Below are positions 35,601 through 48,407 of a DNA stretch of 64,000 nt, piece after piece. Source of the DNA: Pelomyxa schiedti (Eukaryota > Protista > Evosea); assembly GCA_020536535.1 (NCBI GenBank), contig JAHLWZ010000860.1, forward strand, positions 6,247 through 70,246, in the 5' to 3' direction. The position numbers and the translations under genes were made by a program. How positions within the stretch are numbered: the first letter of the stretch is position 1; each line of letters opens with the position of its first letter. The notes beneath the pieces are model-generated. The model was given only the letters and a program-made list of their open reading frames with translations, was not told where the DNA came from and did no database searches.

Positions 35601-38342
35601 CCAACCCGATTTTGTGTTGTGATGGACAGTGCACTGTCGTTCATGCCCCTCAGAGTGGACACATAAATCGAAAGTGCAATCAATTGGTGTCGTTTCAGTT
35701 GCTCCTGGAATGGTGGCCTTAGTTTTTCAATGCGAATGTATTTGCTCATGAACATGTCCCATTGTTGGTGCGATGCTTTTTCCTGCAAGAACTCTGCACA
35801 GTGTCGAGAATACGTTTTAAAAAAGGAACTTTGCTGTGTGCAAAGGGGAACCACAGTGCAGTACCATTGCCAAGTTTGAGAAATGTGGTCGAGGTTTCCT
35901 GGTGTGGCTGTTACCCTCTCGAGAAAAGTGGATGCCAGCCAACATTCGGTGACAGTAAGTTTTGGTGATATTTGAAAAGAAGTACCAGCACATTTTCGAG
36001 CCAAGTGATGAGCAGCACAACTGGTGAAACTTGAAAACAGTCCTTGCAGAAAAATCAGGAATTTTTCCACCCACAGGTCTTTCTCTTCACTTTCTGCAGC
36101 ATCAATGTCGTAAACAATGATTGTTTCAACTGGATTCAACAACATGTTGCATTCTGACCACCCAACGTTTCCTTTGCTGCAAAGTACAACTGAGCAAGGA
36201 GAGAACCTGACACCCAAAAGAGACTCACTGTGATTAAAGAGCGTGTCCAGAAGTTGATTGAGTGATGCCGAAAATTCCTTGTCACTCAAGGAAGTTGGGG
36301 AATTCAACAAACGTTTGTGAGGCAGCCAGAACCTGTCAACCAATTCACATACAGACAAAAGACTGGCCGTGTCACTTTTACAACAACACGAAGGGGGTGG
36401 CAGGATGGAAATTGAAGATGCAGTCTCCAAAGCTTTCATGATGGTTTTCCGGCATGAAGTGGCAGCAATCTCACTCTCACAATTGTTGCCTTCCGTGTTT
36501 TCGAAACTGCTGCTGCTGGTGGTGGTTTCTGAACATTTCGTCACAATCAAGGAACACTGAGCGAGAAGGAGGAATCGCTGAAACCACCCAAGTGACGATA
36601 AGTCCTGTTGTGAACCTTTGTTCAACATCTCCAGTAAAACTGCCAGCGGCAGTGATGCCCACTTCTCTTTGAAGAGCAGGTAAAAGTCGTTGACGATCGG
36701 GAGCAATTTGTTTCGGACTCCTTTTTCCGGCAGGTGCATGACTCGGCACATGTAACAGTTCAGAAGCTTCGTGCAGTGTGTGCTGGCTGCGTGTTCGGCC
36801 AGAGTGGGATTCGCGTTGGAATAAAGGAAAGTGGCACAAAGCAGATCACGGGCAAAGAAAGCATCGACGATGGTGGGGTCGGCCGCACCCTTGACCTCGG
36901 TCAAGGTCTGCTGAATCCTCCCCTCAAAATATGTGGTGCTGCTTGGCAATTGTTTCCAGTGAACTGGAGTCACACGTGAATCACAATAATCTATGGACGC
37001 CATATCCAGCTCCTGATGTGAAACCAAACCCTCAACAATTTTGTTGATCTTCCTTTGGAGGCATGTGAGGTGTTGATGAAGCGACGAAAAAAGAAGATCC
37101 CCTTGAAGATCAATTTGTGGTTGCATTGCAGCAAGGAAACTGGAAAATTGTTGGGCAGTGCCACCGATTGCTGAGAGTCTGTTTTGGTGGATGTGGCTGA
37201 CGATGCTGGCATAAACAACATCCAGAACTGGAAGAAGGTAATCAAAAGAAGAAGCCTCATCTGCACTGTGTATATACGAGAATAGGTGCTTGGTGTCATC
37301 TAATGCAGAAATAATAGGGAAAAAAGTTAGAGTTGGGTTTTTGTATGTGGTTCCTCTTACTGGTTTGTTTTTGAAGAAATGCCAGGTACTCCTCCCGCTC
37401 TTTGCTCAGGGGTGGAGCCGTCGTAGCTGCAGCACAATTCCGAACGGAACCATTGTCAGTACAGGTATTTAATACAACAGGTGTCTGCAAAGGTGGTGCA
37501 GTTGATGTGGGCATCTGTGTTGGAGATGGTACACGCGTGAGTGTATTGTTCTGCACCACAGAAGGTAGAGGCCCTGCCCCCTGTGTGCCCTTTCTAGTAC
37601 TAGAATTTATAGTCGTTGCTACTGCTGCTTCTGTAGTAGTAGTTGTTGTTGTTGTTGCTGCTGTAATATTTACAGTGGGTGGGGCTGGTAGATTTATTGG
37701 TGTTGGTGTACTTTGTAACACAGGTTTCTGTACAAGTTTGTTGGGCATATAAAACACATGCACCGGGGGCATCACCACCTGCTGTGGCGGAGCCTGAGCC
37801 GGAATCCCGGTACATTGCGGAGGGCGGGGGAGCGGCTGGGCCACTGGGAGGGGAATCCACGTCTGCGGCACGTTGGGGTGTTCGGGCGGGTGCGGGCTGT
37901 TAGGCGGCGGGGGAGGGACCACTGGGGGCGGGGAGGGCAGCACCTGGGCCTGTTGTTGCGCGGGAGGGCGCTTGGGCGGGGGCGTCGGCGGGGCCCGCGC
38001 GGGGCGAAGGGTACCTGGGAGCTGCGGGTCGGGCCGGGCCGCCCCGGGGGGCGGCGGCTGTTGGAGCCACGCGAGTGGGGGGGGGAAGGGATAGTTCGGC
38101 GGCGGCTGGGTTGCCCGCGACGGCTGCGGTATCAGCGGCGGCTCGGTTGCCCGCGGCGGCGGCGGGGGTAACTGGTACGCCACAGCAGGAGGGGGGAGCG
38201 GGGAGGGCAGCGCCCGTGGCACCGGCGGCGCACACGTGTGGTTGGGGAAGGAACCCGTCTCAGGGCCTGGGGGGTATGGGCTCCCACCAAAGTTGTTGGA
38301 CGTCACAGGGATCGGGGTTAGAGTGCCACTCGACCGTATCAT
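29626..38342 (-). CDS. Giant multidomain protein, copy A: Pro-rich / helical region / atypical (PI4K-HipA-like) kinase / LRR-like / ankyrin repeats
   Basis: Exon 1 ~38342-37361 (Pro-rich). Exon 2 37299-32197 (~5.1 kb) contains YFKFFPE, AYEQAV, EDGKPNN, IDND and LQTITIERCQSL-type repeats. Short spliced exons encoding many ankyrin repeats (TALM.AA..G, TPL..A, TALHLA) follow to the stop at 29626. Confidence 0.85.
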
Positions 38343-41300
38343 TTGGAAACCAACACTCCATCACAACCCAGAAAACCAGACTGGGTGTTACTTCTACGAT
38401 TACAAAAGGATCCCCTCCATCATGACTTTGGGGTGTTCGATCCAGTTTCCCAGCAGTCCAAGTCCTGAAAGATATTTATAGGTTGGTCGCTCGGATTTCG
38501 ACCCAACTTGCCCTCTCGGCACATAAACCAACTCGCAGACTCAAAAACACATCATACTGTAAAACATCTTCGGTGGAGCGTTGTGGGTTGGAACATCCAG
38601 AAGAACCAGTAAGGCTTTGCAGAATGTCCGACAGGGAAATCCAGCAAAACGACTTGAAATCCGTTGTTTCGTCTTCTACTACCCCCAACTACACTCCACA
38701 CCAACGACCCAGCCCGGCCTACAATGTGGACGAGGACCTCATCGACGAGTACCAGTCCATCCAGGCCTCCTGCTCCCTCCCGCTCCTCCGCGGGTCAGTG
38801 CCGGAGCCCCCGGCCGCCTCCGCCTCTGCCTCGGCCTCGGCCTCGGCCTCCGACTTGCAGCAGGCGGCCACGCCCGCTCGCCGCCCGCGGCTGCCCGCAG
38901 TTCCCTGGGCTCGCTGGCTCGCCCTGGTAGAAAAGACCGTCGTCGCCGAGTACTGCCACCAGCTGCCCATTAGCTCCTCGCTTGCGGCCCTCCGCTCCAT
39001 GCTCTCCATGCTCTCCCTGCTCCGTGCTCGCCGTAAGCTCCTTTCGTCGTTGGCCCCCAGGCCTGACCAGTCGTCCGATGGTCATGGTGATGGCGAGAAA
39101 GACAGCGCCGACGAGGGCGTCGTCAAGGAAATGTGGAATAAGCTGCTTCCCGGGGTGGTATTTGCCTTCAAGATCTATTCCACAACTGACGTTGTTGTGG
39201 CTGCGGGGCAGTGCCTCAGTCTTCTTGTTCTCGAGGCTCATGCTGCCCAGGGTATCTTCCAACCCAGTTTGGTCGACCTTTACGGGACACTCAAAGCCGT
39301 GTTAGATGTGGTTTCCAAATCGTCACTAGTCCCGCTGCCTATTATGGCTGTAGTCTGCAAGGTTTTGGCATCGTTGCACAAGTTATTGCACAAGGTTTAT
39401 GTCACAAAAAAGGAAGAGAAGATCCTGTCCGAGATTGAGAACTACATTCGGTGCTTCAGGTCTAACTGGCAAAGAGAGCAGGGGGGGCCAGAACTAGCCG
39501 ACGCGATGTGCAAGCTTCTGAGGGTTAATGGTCAGCGCCCTCGCTGGCCTCGCACTCGAGACGTGAAGTGGGCCGCAACCCTTCTGAAGATAGACTTACC
39601 ATTAAGACTCACTGAGAAGCTGGCAGTGATAACAAGTAATCTCACCAAAGATGCTTCAGCCACTGAGCACAGCTACTTACTTTTTTCCCCATCTTTGCAA
39701 TGTTTGAAGCGCCACTGTTACTGCGACTGTGATCTAAGCAGCACACCCGGCAAAATATGTGTAATTTCACACAATCTATGTGAGGCCCTGCATGCGCTCC
39801 TTCGACCCCCCAAATTTGGGGTACTCCAATCAGCACTCTCTGGTGGCCTTATGGAAGTTGTCGTAGTAGTACTGAATTCTCACCCATACACTGCTGTGCA
39901 AGTAGTTTGCTGCCAAATAATGCTGGTACTTCTCCCACATCGCCAATTCTCCACAATCTGCCCGGTAGTTCAAGCAGTTCTTAAGGCTGTAGACCGAAGG
40001 GAGCCCCTTCAACATTTTGCCTTATCTGTTCTCCTTGCATTAGCGAACTACCCAAGGTTTGAATCACATCGAGCTGTTTTGGACACTGTGCTTTCTTTGA
40101 CGACAAAAACTGATACAGCGTGGGAAGTGATTGCTAAGGTCTCTGAATCCCATCTAGAAGGTCACGAGGCAGTTAAAATTCTGCATGATCTTGTTGAATT
40201 CCTGGGGAGCAGATCTACAGCTTTGCCGAAACTGCCAGGTTACGCAATCAAGGTAGTATCACATGTTATTGGCCACATTACAGACTCGGCAGCTCTCCAG
40301 GACATATCCTGGATTTCTGAAGCTTTCTTCTCTCAATATCGCCAGCGCAACTCGTTTTCCTACTCTGAAGTGTGTACATTTATAGAGTGCATGGCACTTA
40401 AAGTTTTAAGTGTGCCACACCTGGTGAAAAGTGGTGTCCTAGATATCCTTGTGCCAGTGCTGGCGGATTCAAAAAGCATAGTCACTGGATGTAAAGCTGT
40501 GATGAGACTTGTCCAGGACGACCTCATGAAGGATGTTATTGCCTCTAAAATGAAGCCTGAAGTTATTAAAGCAATAGAAATGTTAGGACCTACTCCAACC
40601 ACAAGTGAAGTCTATTATCTATGGCGTACACTTGTAGCCTTCATAACATCTGAGCGGAGTACCTATGTGCCGAGTGAACTACAACCAGTGGTCACTGCAA
40701 TGTTGTCAGGCGAATTTATCATACTTTTCCCCAGGGCTTATGAACATATGTTATTGTTGTCAAAATCAGAGTCATCTTCTTTTCTGCCTATCATGAAAAA
40801 CATCCCAGAACTCTTTCCACGTAACTCCTTCTCCAAGACGGCAGCCGATTTAATAGATAGAATGACCACATCTCTAAGCAAAGATTGCAGAAATTCCCTT
40901 CCCATACCACTTCCATTAGTCAAACTCCTTCTTGAATTCGTCTTGAGTGTTGACGAGTATATCTCACAGAGTACATGGAGATCTCTTCTGCGGCTACTCA
41001 AATTTAAATCTGGGCTCGAAGAGGCATTGAAATTGGGTATATTAGATATACTTCCACATCTGGCAGAAAATATTAAAAAAAAGGAAAAGCATACACAGCA
41101 AGAAGCCTTGAAAATGCTAGTTCGTACCTTCAATTATCTTCAGCCGCACAATATCCCCAGAGGAACCTTTTTGAGTTACATTCAAGTATTATTAGAGCAG
41201 TTCTCCTACCTTCAGAGAGTATCCTTTAACACAGTCTGGAGGGGAATTGCCTGCTACTTCTCAGGATCTTCTTCAGGCACCCTCTGGGAAGATGTTCTCC

Positions 41301-44300
41301 TCGTGATGAAGAAATGTCCATGCTTAATTAAAGTGCAAATTTTAGCATTGAAGACCTTGCACCACAGTTTATCCCTTGAACATATCAAAGCAGTAAATCC
41401 ATCAATAGAGATCATTGCCAGTATACTGGAAAGCAAAGGCAAACTCTCTAGAAATGCCAGGTGGTGTAAGTGGGCTTTCCGTGTCGTCAAACATTCGCAT
41501 CCTAGCTATCTGGTTTGCAATGTTGTAGAACTGGTGCAACGTAATTTTGTTACCTTTTGCTTTGTAGCACTATGTCCATCTCAAGCAAAATTATGCTCCT
41601 CGGCGCTGAAGACACTCTGCTTCATCTCCAGTATTCCATTTGGTTATGAGGCTATCAACTCCATTTGTGATATTGGAAAAATTATCACCAAGGTGAAGAC
41701 GCATCACCCAAATACTGTAGAACCCCTTTTGTATCTTCTAAAGAAGTCTGTGCATGACACTCCTTCTGCCCAAAGTGCCCAGTCACAACTAGACAAATTG
41801 CCAATTTTGGAATCATTATCAATGTATAGCAGGGCGCACAAGCTCTATGTCGATGTTTACACGAAACTACTTCAATACAGCACCCCAAGCCCGCCCAAAT
41901 TTGGAGCACCGGCTCCTCCAACAGTAGGGAAAATATGCCAATCCCATGCCCCTGATACCCTCTGTTTCGCCTGCTACCACTTTGAAGAATTCCACACATG
42001 CATCACCTGCGACGGCCCCTCCTCCTCCCGTAATTACTGCCGCGGCTGCATCGCAGCTTCCCACTACAGGCACGAAATAAGCCCCCCAACACTCTTGGTG
42101 GCCGCCTGCTGCTGCGCCCCCGCGGGCGAAACGAGCGGCCTGACCATTGTGGTCCCCGACCGTGGCTTCTTCAGCGCGGACCTGTCCAATTCGCTCCAAG
42201 CCGCACTTCTGCAGGGGTGCGGGCTTGGCCGCGGGCAGCTGGAGGTGCGCCCGCCGCAGACCGCCGTGCACATCCCCGATGCCCGGCGGTGCTTGCTGGT
42301 CCGGGTGCGCGCCGAGCGGCACTCTGACATCCACAGGGCGGCCGCGGCCCTGCGGTCCGCCGACGCCGCGGTGCTGCTGCTGTGCGCGGTGAGGTTCCCG
42401 CGGGTGGGCGGCGGGAGCTTCTTGCGCACCCTCTCGGCGCTGGCACTGCACATGATAGGCCAGTTCTTGTGCCACAGCCCAACTCTCCTGCGGCTACTGT
42501 TGGACAACAGAGTGAAAATGCTGGAGGGGCCTGGGCCGTGTGGCTCCGCGGACACCCAGAATAGTGCTTCTTCTAAGAAGAAGCCCTATTCCTTGCGGAC
42601 ACAACCACAATATACAGAGGGAGTGAAGTGTCTGTATGAGGTTCCTCTGTCTATGTGCAAACACTGCTGGATGCCGTTTGAGAGGTGCGAGTGCCCAGTG
42701 GTTGACAACTACTGGTGTAGGAACACTGGCCTAATAATATCCAAGTGTACCTGTGGCTGCAGACAGCGTGTTTTGGATATACAGTCTGGGAGGTGAAAAC
42801 AGCATCGATTTTCTGTCACCAGCAAGGCAAAAAAAACCACCTGTACACTCCTGTATCCTGGCATTTTGAACCAGATTTCGTTCTCTTGTGAGGTCTCTCT
42901 ACTGTATCTCTACATCACAACCCCATGAAAAATAAAAACCAAAAGTTTGTGGATAGACTTTTTTTGGATTATTCTCCAATTTGCTTTACATCTTGAAACG
43001 TCCTCTGCATCAGCCAGCCACAGAGACGGAAACCTTTTTCCATGACGCACAATGTTCGGCATCCGTTCTACTCAACTGCATAAGATGAAGAATTTATTTT
43101 GTTCATTTGTCGTCGGCACTGTCTACGATTCTAAACAACGTTGGGCTAGTTAAGCACTTTAACGCGAGCAGTGTTTGCTGAGAACGTAGTTTCAGTGACC
43201 CCGTTGTGGAACTCGCAGGATTCTCGGCGTGATCAGTGATGTCGGCGCAGTCAGGGCTTATAGGTGTTGATGAAGTCGTGGATGTCTGTGGCTCCCAGAA
43301 GCTCGGCTGTTTTCAGATTGAAAGTGTGACCATGACACAACATGTGCAATTCCAAGGCGGTGACCTGCAGCGATCCGGCTCTGGTTCTGAGGGTTCTGTC
43401 AGCACCTCCGGCAATCAACACAGCCACCATTGTTGACCGCGAAGCCCTCTGCGCGGCGAGGTGCAGCGCAGTGAATCCATTGTCATTGTACTGGTTCACA
43501 AACCCCGCATCGCCACCGGTATATTTGAGGATGAACTCGAGATGTTTGGAGCTGCAGAAAAGCGCCGCAAGATGAAGCAGTGTGTTGCCGCAGACGGCTG
43601 GTTGCCTGATCGCGGCTTGTTTGGCTGGTCCCGAGTTGTAGTCTTTCTTAAGCAGCTTGCTGAAGTATAGCGTGGTGCCGAAAACGAGGTTGTAGTGCAG
43701 AGTGTGTGTTCCAGCATCGATGGTGGCCTGCGATTCGGCGCCTTTTTGGAGGAGACATTGTGCAACGTCTTGATTCCCGGAAGCAAGAGCTTGGTCGAGA
43801 GGAGTGTTGCCGAGAGCGTTCTTTTTGTTGATGTTCTGTCTGTAGATGCCCATTTCGTCCAATTTGTCACAGAGGAATCTGACGAGAAGAAGATTCCCAC
43901 TGTGACAAGCTGCATGCAAGGCAGTGCCCAAAACACTTTCTTCTTCCAGTTTGGAGCCTGCACCGAGAAGCCATTCAACCATCGGCTGACTTCCCTTTCT
44001 CGCACTCCAAAGCAGCGCTGTTGTTCCATCTGGCCGCGGGGGGAAGGGGGATCTCAGTCAGAAACAACCAACCCAGACAAGGAGAAGTGTTTGTGGTGGT
44101 GGTGGCTTGTGGTTTTGTGGTTTTGTGGTGGCGGAACACACACCTTTTGCAGTTTGAGATACGGACAGCTCCTGCGGGCTCTGGGTGAGCCACAGCACTG
44201 CTTCGATGTTTCCACTGTATGCTGCAAAAGAGAGGACGGAATTTCCCCTCGCATCAGTTTCTGCAACTTGTGCGCCCTGCTCCACAAGCCACTTCATGAC

Positions 44301-47300
44301 CTTCAAGTTCCCACCCATTGCAGCGTACATCAGAGTCGTGAGTCCATCTTTGTGGGTGATTATTTTAGTTAGGTTCCCAAACAAGAAGGTAGCGTGGGAG
44401 ACATACAGGGTTTTGATTTTCCAAGAACAGGCACTCCACTTGTTTTCATCTTGTTCAAGAGTTCAACTTGGCCACAGCCAGCTGCGAGCATGATGCAGTT
44501 GCACCCATATATGTTGGTATCTGTCATGGGTGCATGCATTTCATCCAACAACCACTGAACAATATCCATGTGGCGGGAGGACAAAGCAGTCATCAGAACC
44601 GTGCTATCTCTGTTGTCCCTTTCTGAGACTCCAGCACCATTAGTCAGCAGCCATGACAGAGAAGATAGGTTCCCAGTAAATGCGGCAACCAGAATTGGTG
44701 TGGCTCCATCTTCTGCAGAAGATTTTAAAAGTTACCTTATAATGCAGGAAATACCTTTTGTGCCATCAGTGATGGGCACCTTTTGCTTCTTCAACCATTC
44801 AAGGACATGGACATGTCCCCCTCCCGCTGCCTGGTGTGCTGCTTTCTCTCCTGTACTGTTTGCTTGCAGTATTTCGGCTCCTTCATTGACTAACCACTTC
44901 ATCACATTCAAGTGGCCCCTTTGTGAAGCATAAAGAAATGCAGTGTTCCCGACATCATTACTTTCTTTGAGATATTCCCATTTAGGAAGGGAAGATTTGG
45001 AAATAAGCCACTGGATCATCTTCAGATTTCCACTCCGTGCTGCCAGTAAAAGTGGTGTGTTGCCGTCTACAAAATGGGTTATTCATGCTCCATCACAACT
45101 CCTACATACTTCTCTTGCATGATTCTTCTAGTGATGCTCCCTTTGTGTGTAAAAGGTTCATGATTGGAAGGTTGCCCAGATCGGCCGCCAGAACCAAGGG
45201 TGTTTGGGACAAGTTATCTCTTTCGTGAACACCTGCACCATTGTCTAAAAAATATGTCACTGCTTCCAGATGGGGTAAACTAAGCATCAGTGCAGTTTTT
45301 CCATCTGACAGAGTGTGAAAATAACGAATTTAACGATGAAATGGCGGTAGGTACCACTGGCTTTGGTTGTCAGTACAGCTCCTTTGATGTGAAGATACTT
45401 AATCGTAGCAACACTTCCTCCTGCAGCGGCATGCAGCAATGCGGTTCGGTTCCAGGAATCTTTTTCTTCAATGTTGCAGGATTTCTCTTCCGTGAGCCAC
45501 CTCACAACGTTCAGTTGCCCTTTCCACGCTGCACACATCAAAGCTGTGACATTGAGGTTGTCTCTCTCTTCCAGTGTCGATCCATGCAAAAGAAGCCACT
45601 TGACCATTTCAAGCTGTCCAGCAGCACATGCAAGAAGGAGTGCTGTTTTTCCATCTGTGTAATACGGTAATTAAGTGCGCAAAGTTAGTGAACAATGGGT
45701 GAGTACCATGAGCCCGGACTGAAGTTGAGGCTCCCCTCTTGACAAGTAACTCCACAGTGGTCTGGTGCCCACCACACACTGCATGCGAGATGGCAGTTGC
45801 TCCGAAGTTGTCAACATCATCCACAGAATAGCCATTGTCCAGCAAAACCCGCACAACGTGAAAGTGACCGTTCTTGGCAGCCAGTAGTAATGCTGTGCAA
45901 CCACTCTCGTCCCTTGGGTGTTTTTGCCCTGGTTTCTCGAAGCTGTGCATTAAACAGTTCACATCTTTCAGATTACCGATCTCTGCTGCCTTGAGGATGG
46001 CATGATTGGGTTCAAGATCCGTCAAGAGACTTGAGGATACGTGCCGAATAATTGTGCGCACAAATTCCATTGAAGTGTTATACCTGTTTGCCAAGCTGTA
46101 ATTTCCAGAAATGGCAGCCCTTTTAATCTCTGAAAAATTTTTATGGTGTGTGCTGACTTGCAGTGTGTTACTTGTGCCCCGAAATGAAAAAATTACATTG
46201 AAGGCACGTGAGCATTCAATGTGCAACTCTTGGAGTGATTCAATTGGAACACTCATCCTGAGATATTGAAGTCCGTCACAGTTTGTTATATTGACAGAAT
46301 TCAACGCAGGACACTGGTGGAGTAGATTGACTTCTTTGAGAGATTGGCACTGTTCAATTGTTATTGTCTGCAGACGCATATATGGGCGAGGCAAAGAACA
46401 CTCAGAAACACACGATGAAATAACGGTAACTTTTACAACATGAGGATTAATGGCCAGTATTTTAGTGAGAGGTATCTCTGCCGTGTAGTTCCTCAGTTCC
46501 AGACTTGATTCTGTGCTTCGCTTCCCAGAGATACCATTCAGAACATTTTGCTGAACCACTGGTGAAGTTTCTTGCCAAACAAGTTTGTTGGCGATTTTGA
46601 ATTTTAAACCACCATGTAGTTTCTCAAAAATATCTGCATTTCCTTGGACAATCAAATCTTTAATGAGAGAAAGGTTCCGGGAGTCTCTTTCAACTTCATG
46701 CAACAACATATTTCCATCCCTGAGGCTTGTCTCCCCGCCAAGTGACATGAGAGAAGTTCCCCCAGGTTTATCAAGTGGTGAACGAGAAGAAAGCACTGAG
46801 CGAGTGGAAACACTGCTACTGTTGCCACGATAATATTTGTTTTGGATCCTCTGGAATCTTGGTTGAGTGGAGCCCACATCATAGTGAAGGTCAATGTAAA
46901 ACTTCGCAACAGATTCTGGCATGACGGACTCTAAAAGTTGCAGACCAGACAAAGGGGGACCTGCCATTCTCATGGTCGTTTGTAATGAGGACATTGATAT
47001 GAACAGATCATCAATTAAACCAGGAGGGAGATAGAACAAGGCCAGACAGCCTCTTTGGTAATAACTCTGTGCTTCTTCTTTCACTGGGAGTTCAGTTACA
47101 ATGGGGCTGGCCCACTCCTTAATTTCTTCTGGAGTAATTTTCAATGTTTTCCACACTTCATGAATATTGTACAAATCTTTCATCCAATCTTTCATGAGTG
47201 CCATTGGATTCAGGAGGAGAAACTCCTCTGCTGCTGTGGAGTCGATATAATTTGCTATTTGGGAGAGGCAGAAGATCACACTTTTCACCATCATCATTTT

Positions 47301-48373
47301 TTTGGTTTTGAAAAATAATCCCCCATCTTTAACAACGACTTCAGGAGGACTGAAAGCTCTGTCATTGTCAATCCCAACAAGTTTTCCTGTTCTCTCCTCA
47401 AAAATAAAGTTGTTTGGCTTCCCATCTTCTGGCATTGTGATGAGTTCCATAATTAACAACTTAGTGAACAGTTGGCTTGGAAAAATGTGCTCGCCACTAG
47501 AGTTCGAAAGATAAGAGTCAAATGTGGGACCTTGAATTTTCTCTGATATCAAAACTGGGTAAACTTCCTCATTGGATGTTGTGTGCTCCTTTCGAATTGT
47601 CAGTTTGCCAAAGACTGATTTTGCTGTTCCAAATCCAATGATGCGATCATGCAACAACGAGACTGCTTGTTCATACGCTGGAATTTCAGGAAAAAACTTG
47701 AAGTAAAACACCTGGTCCTCAATGTCCACATCTTTCACAAGGTGATTGTGAGATTTGTTGCGCACAATGTGTGTGAGTTCTTCAGCGATTTGATCAAGCT
47801 TAAGGCGAATCACAACTTTGGGATGAATGTCTCTTGCAACACCACCTGACAAACCAGCCAGAGCAAGTGTGTATTTATTTCCTCCTGATGATGTTTCTGA
47901 TGCCTGAAATAGAAGACGAAGCTTTTCTTCAAAGTGCACCCTTTCTTCGAAAGGGCCTGGCCTGAAACCATTGGGACTCGGAAACGATGACAAAACAGCT
48001 TGTGCCTTGTCCAGAGCCACCTTCATTGCCTTGTTTGTGGCTACCCTTTTACATTTGACCCAAAATTTCACTTTGATGCGATGGGGAAAGGCACCATAAA
48101 AGTGTTTCAGAGGAATGACATGAGGAGAATCAGATTCAACAGCACCACCGTCACTCAGAGAATCAAGAAAAACTTCGGCCAAGATCGGCAAAAATTTGAA
48201 TTCACCTGATGGTATCAGGTCATAATCTGACTTGTTCAAGTGCTTGCATGTTTTCAGCTGTTCCAAGAACAGGTTGAAAGATGCCAAACTGTGAAGAATT
48301 ACCGAATTTGGAGGCAACCATGATGGGAGATCCTTTGCAGTGGAAGTTACAGTTGCAGGGGCAGGGGCAGGGG

Positions 48374-48407
<34 letters not shown>

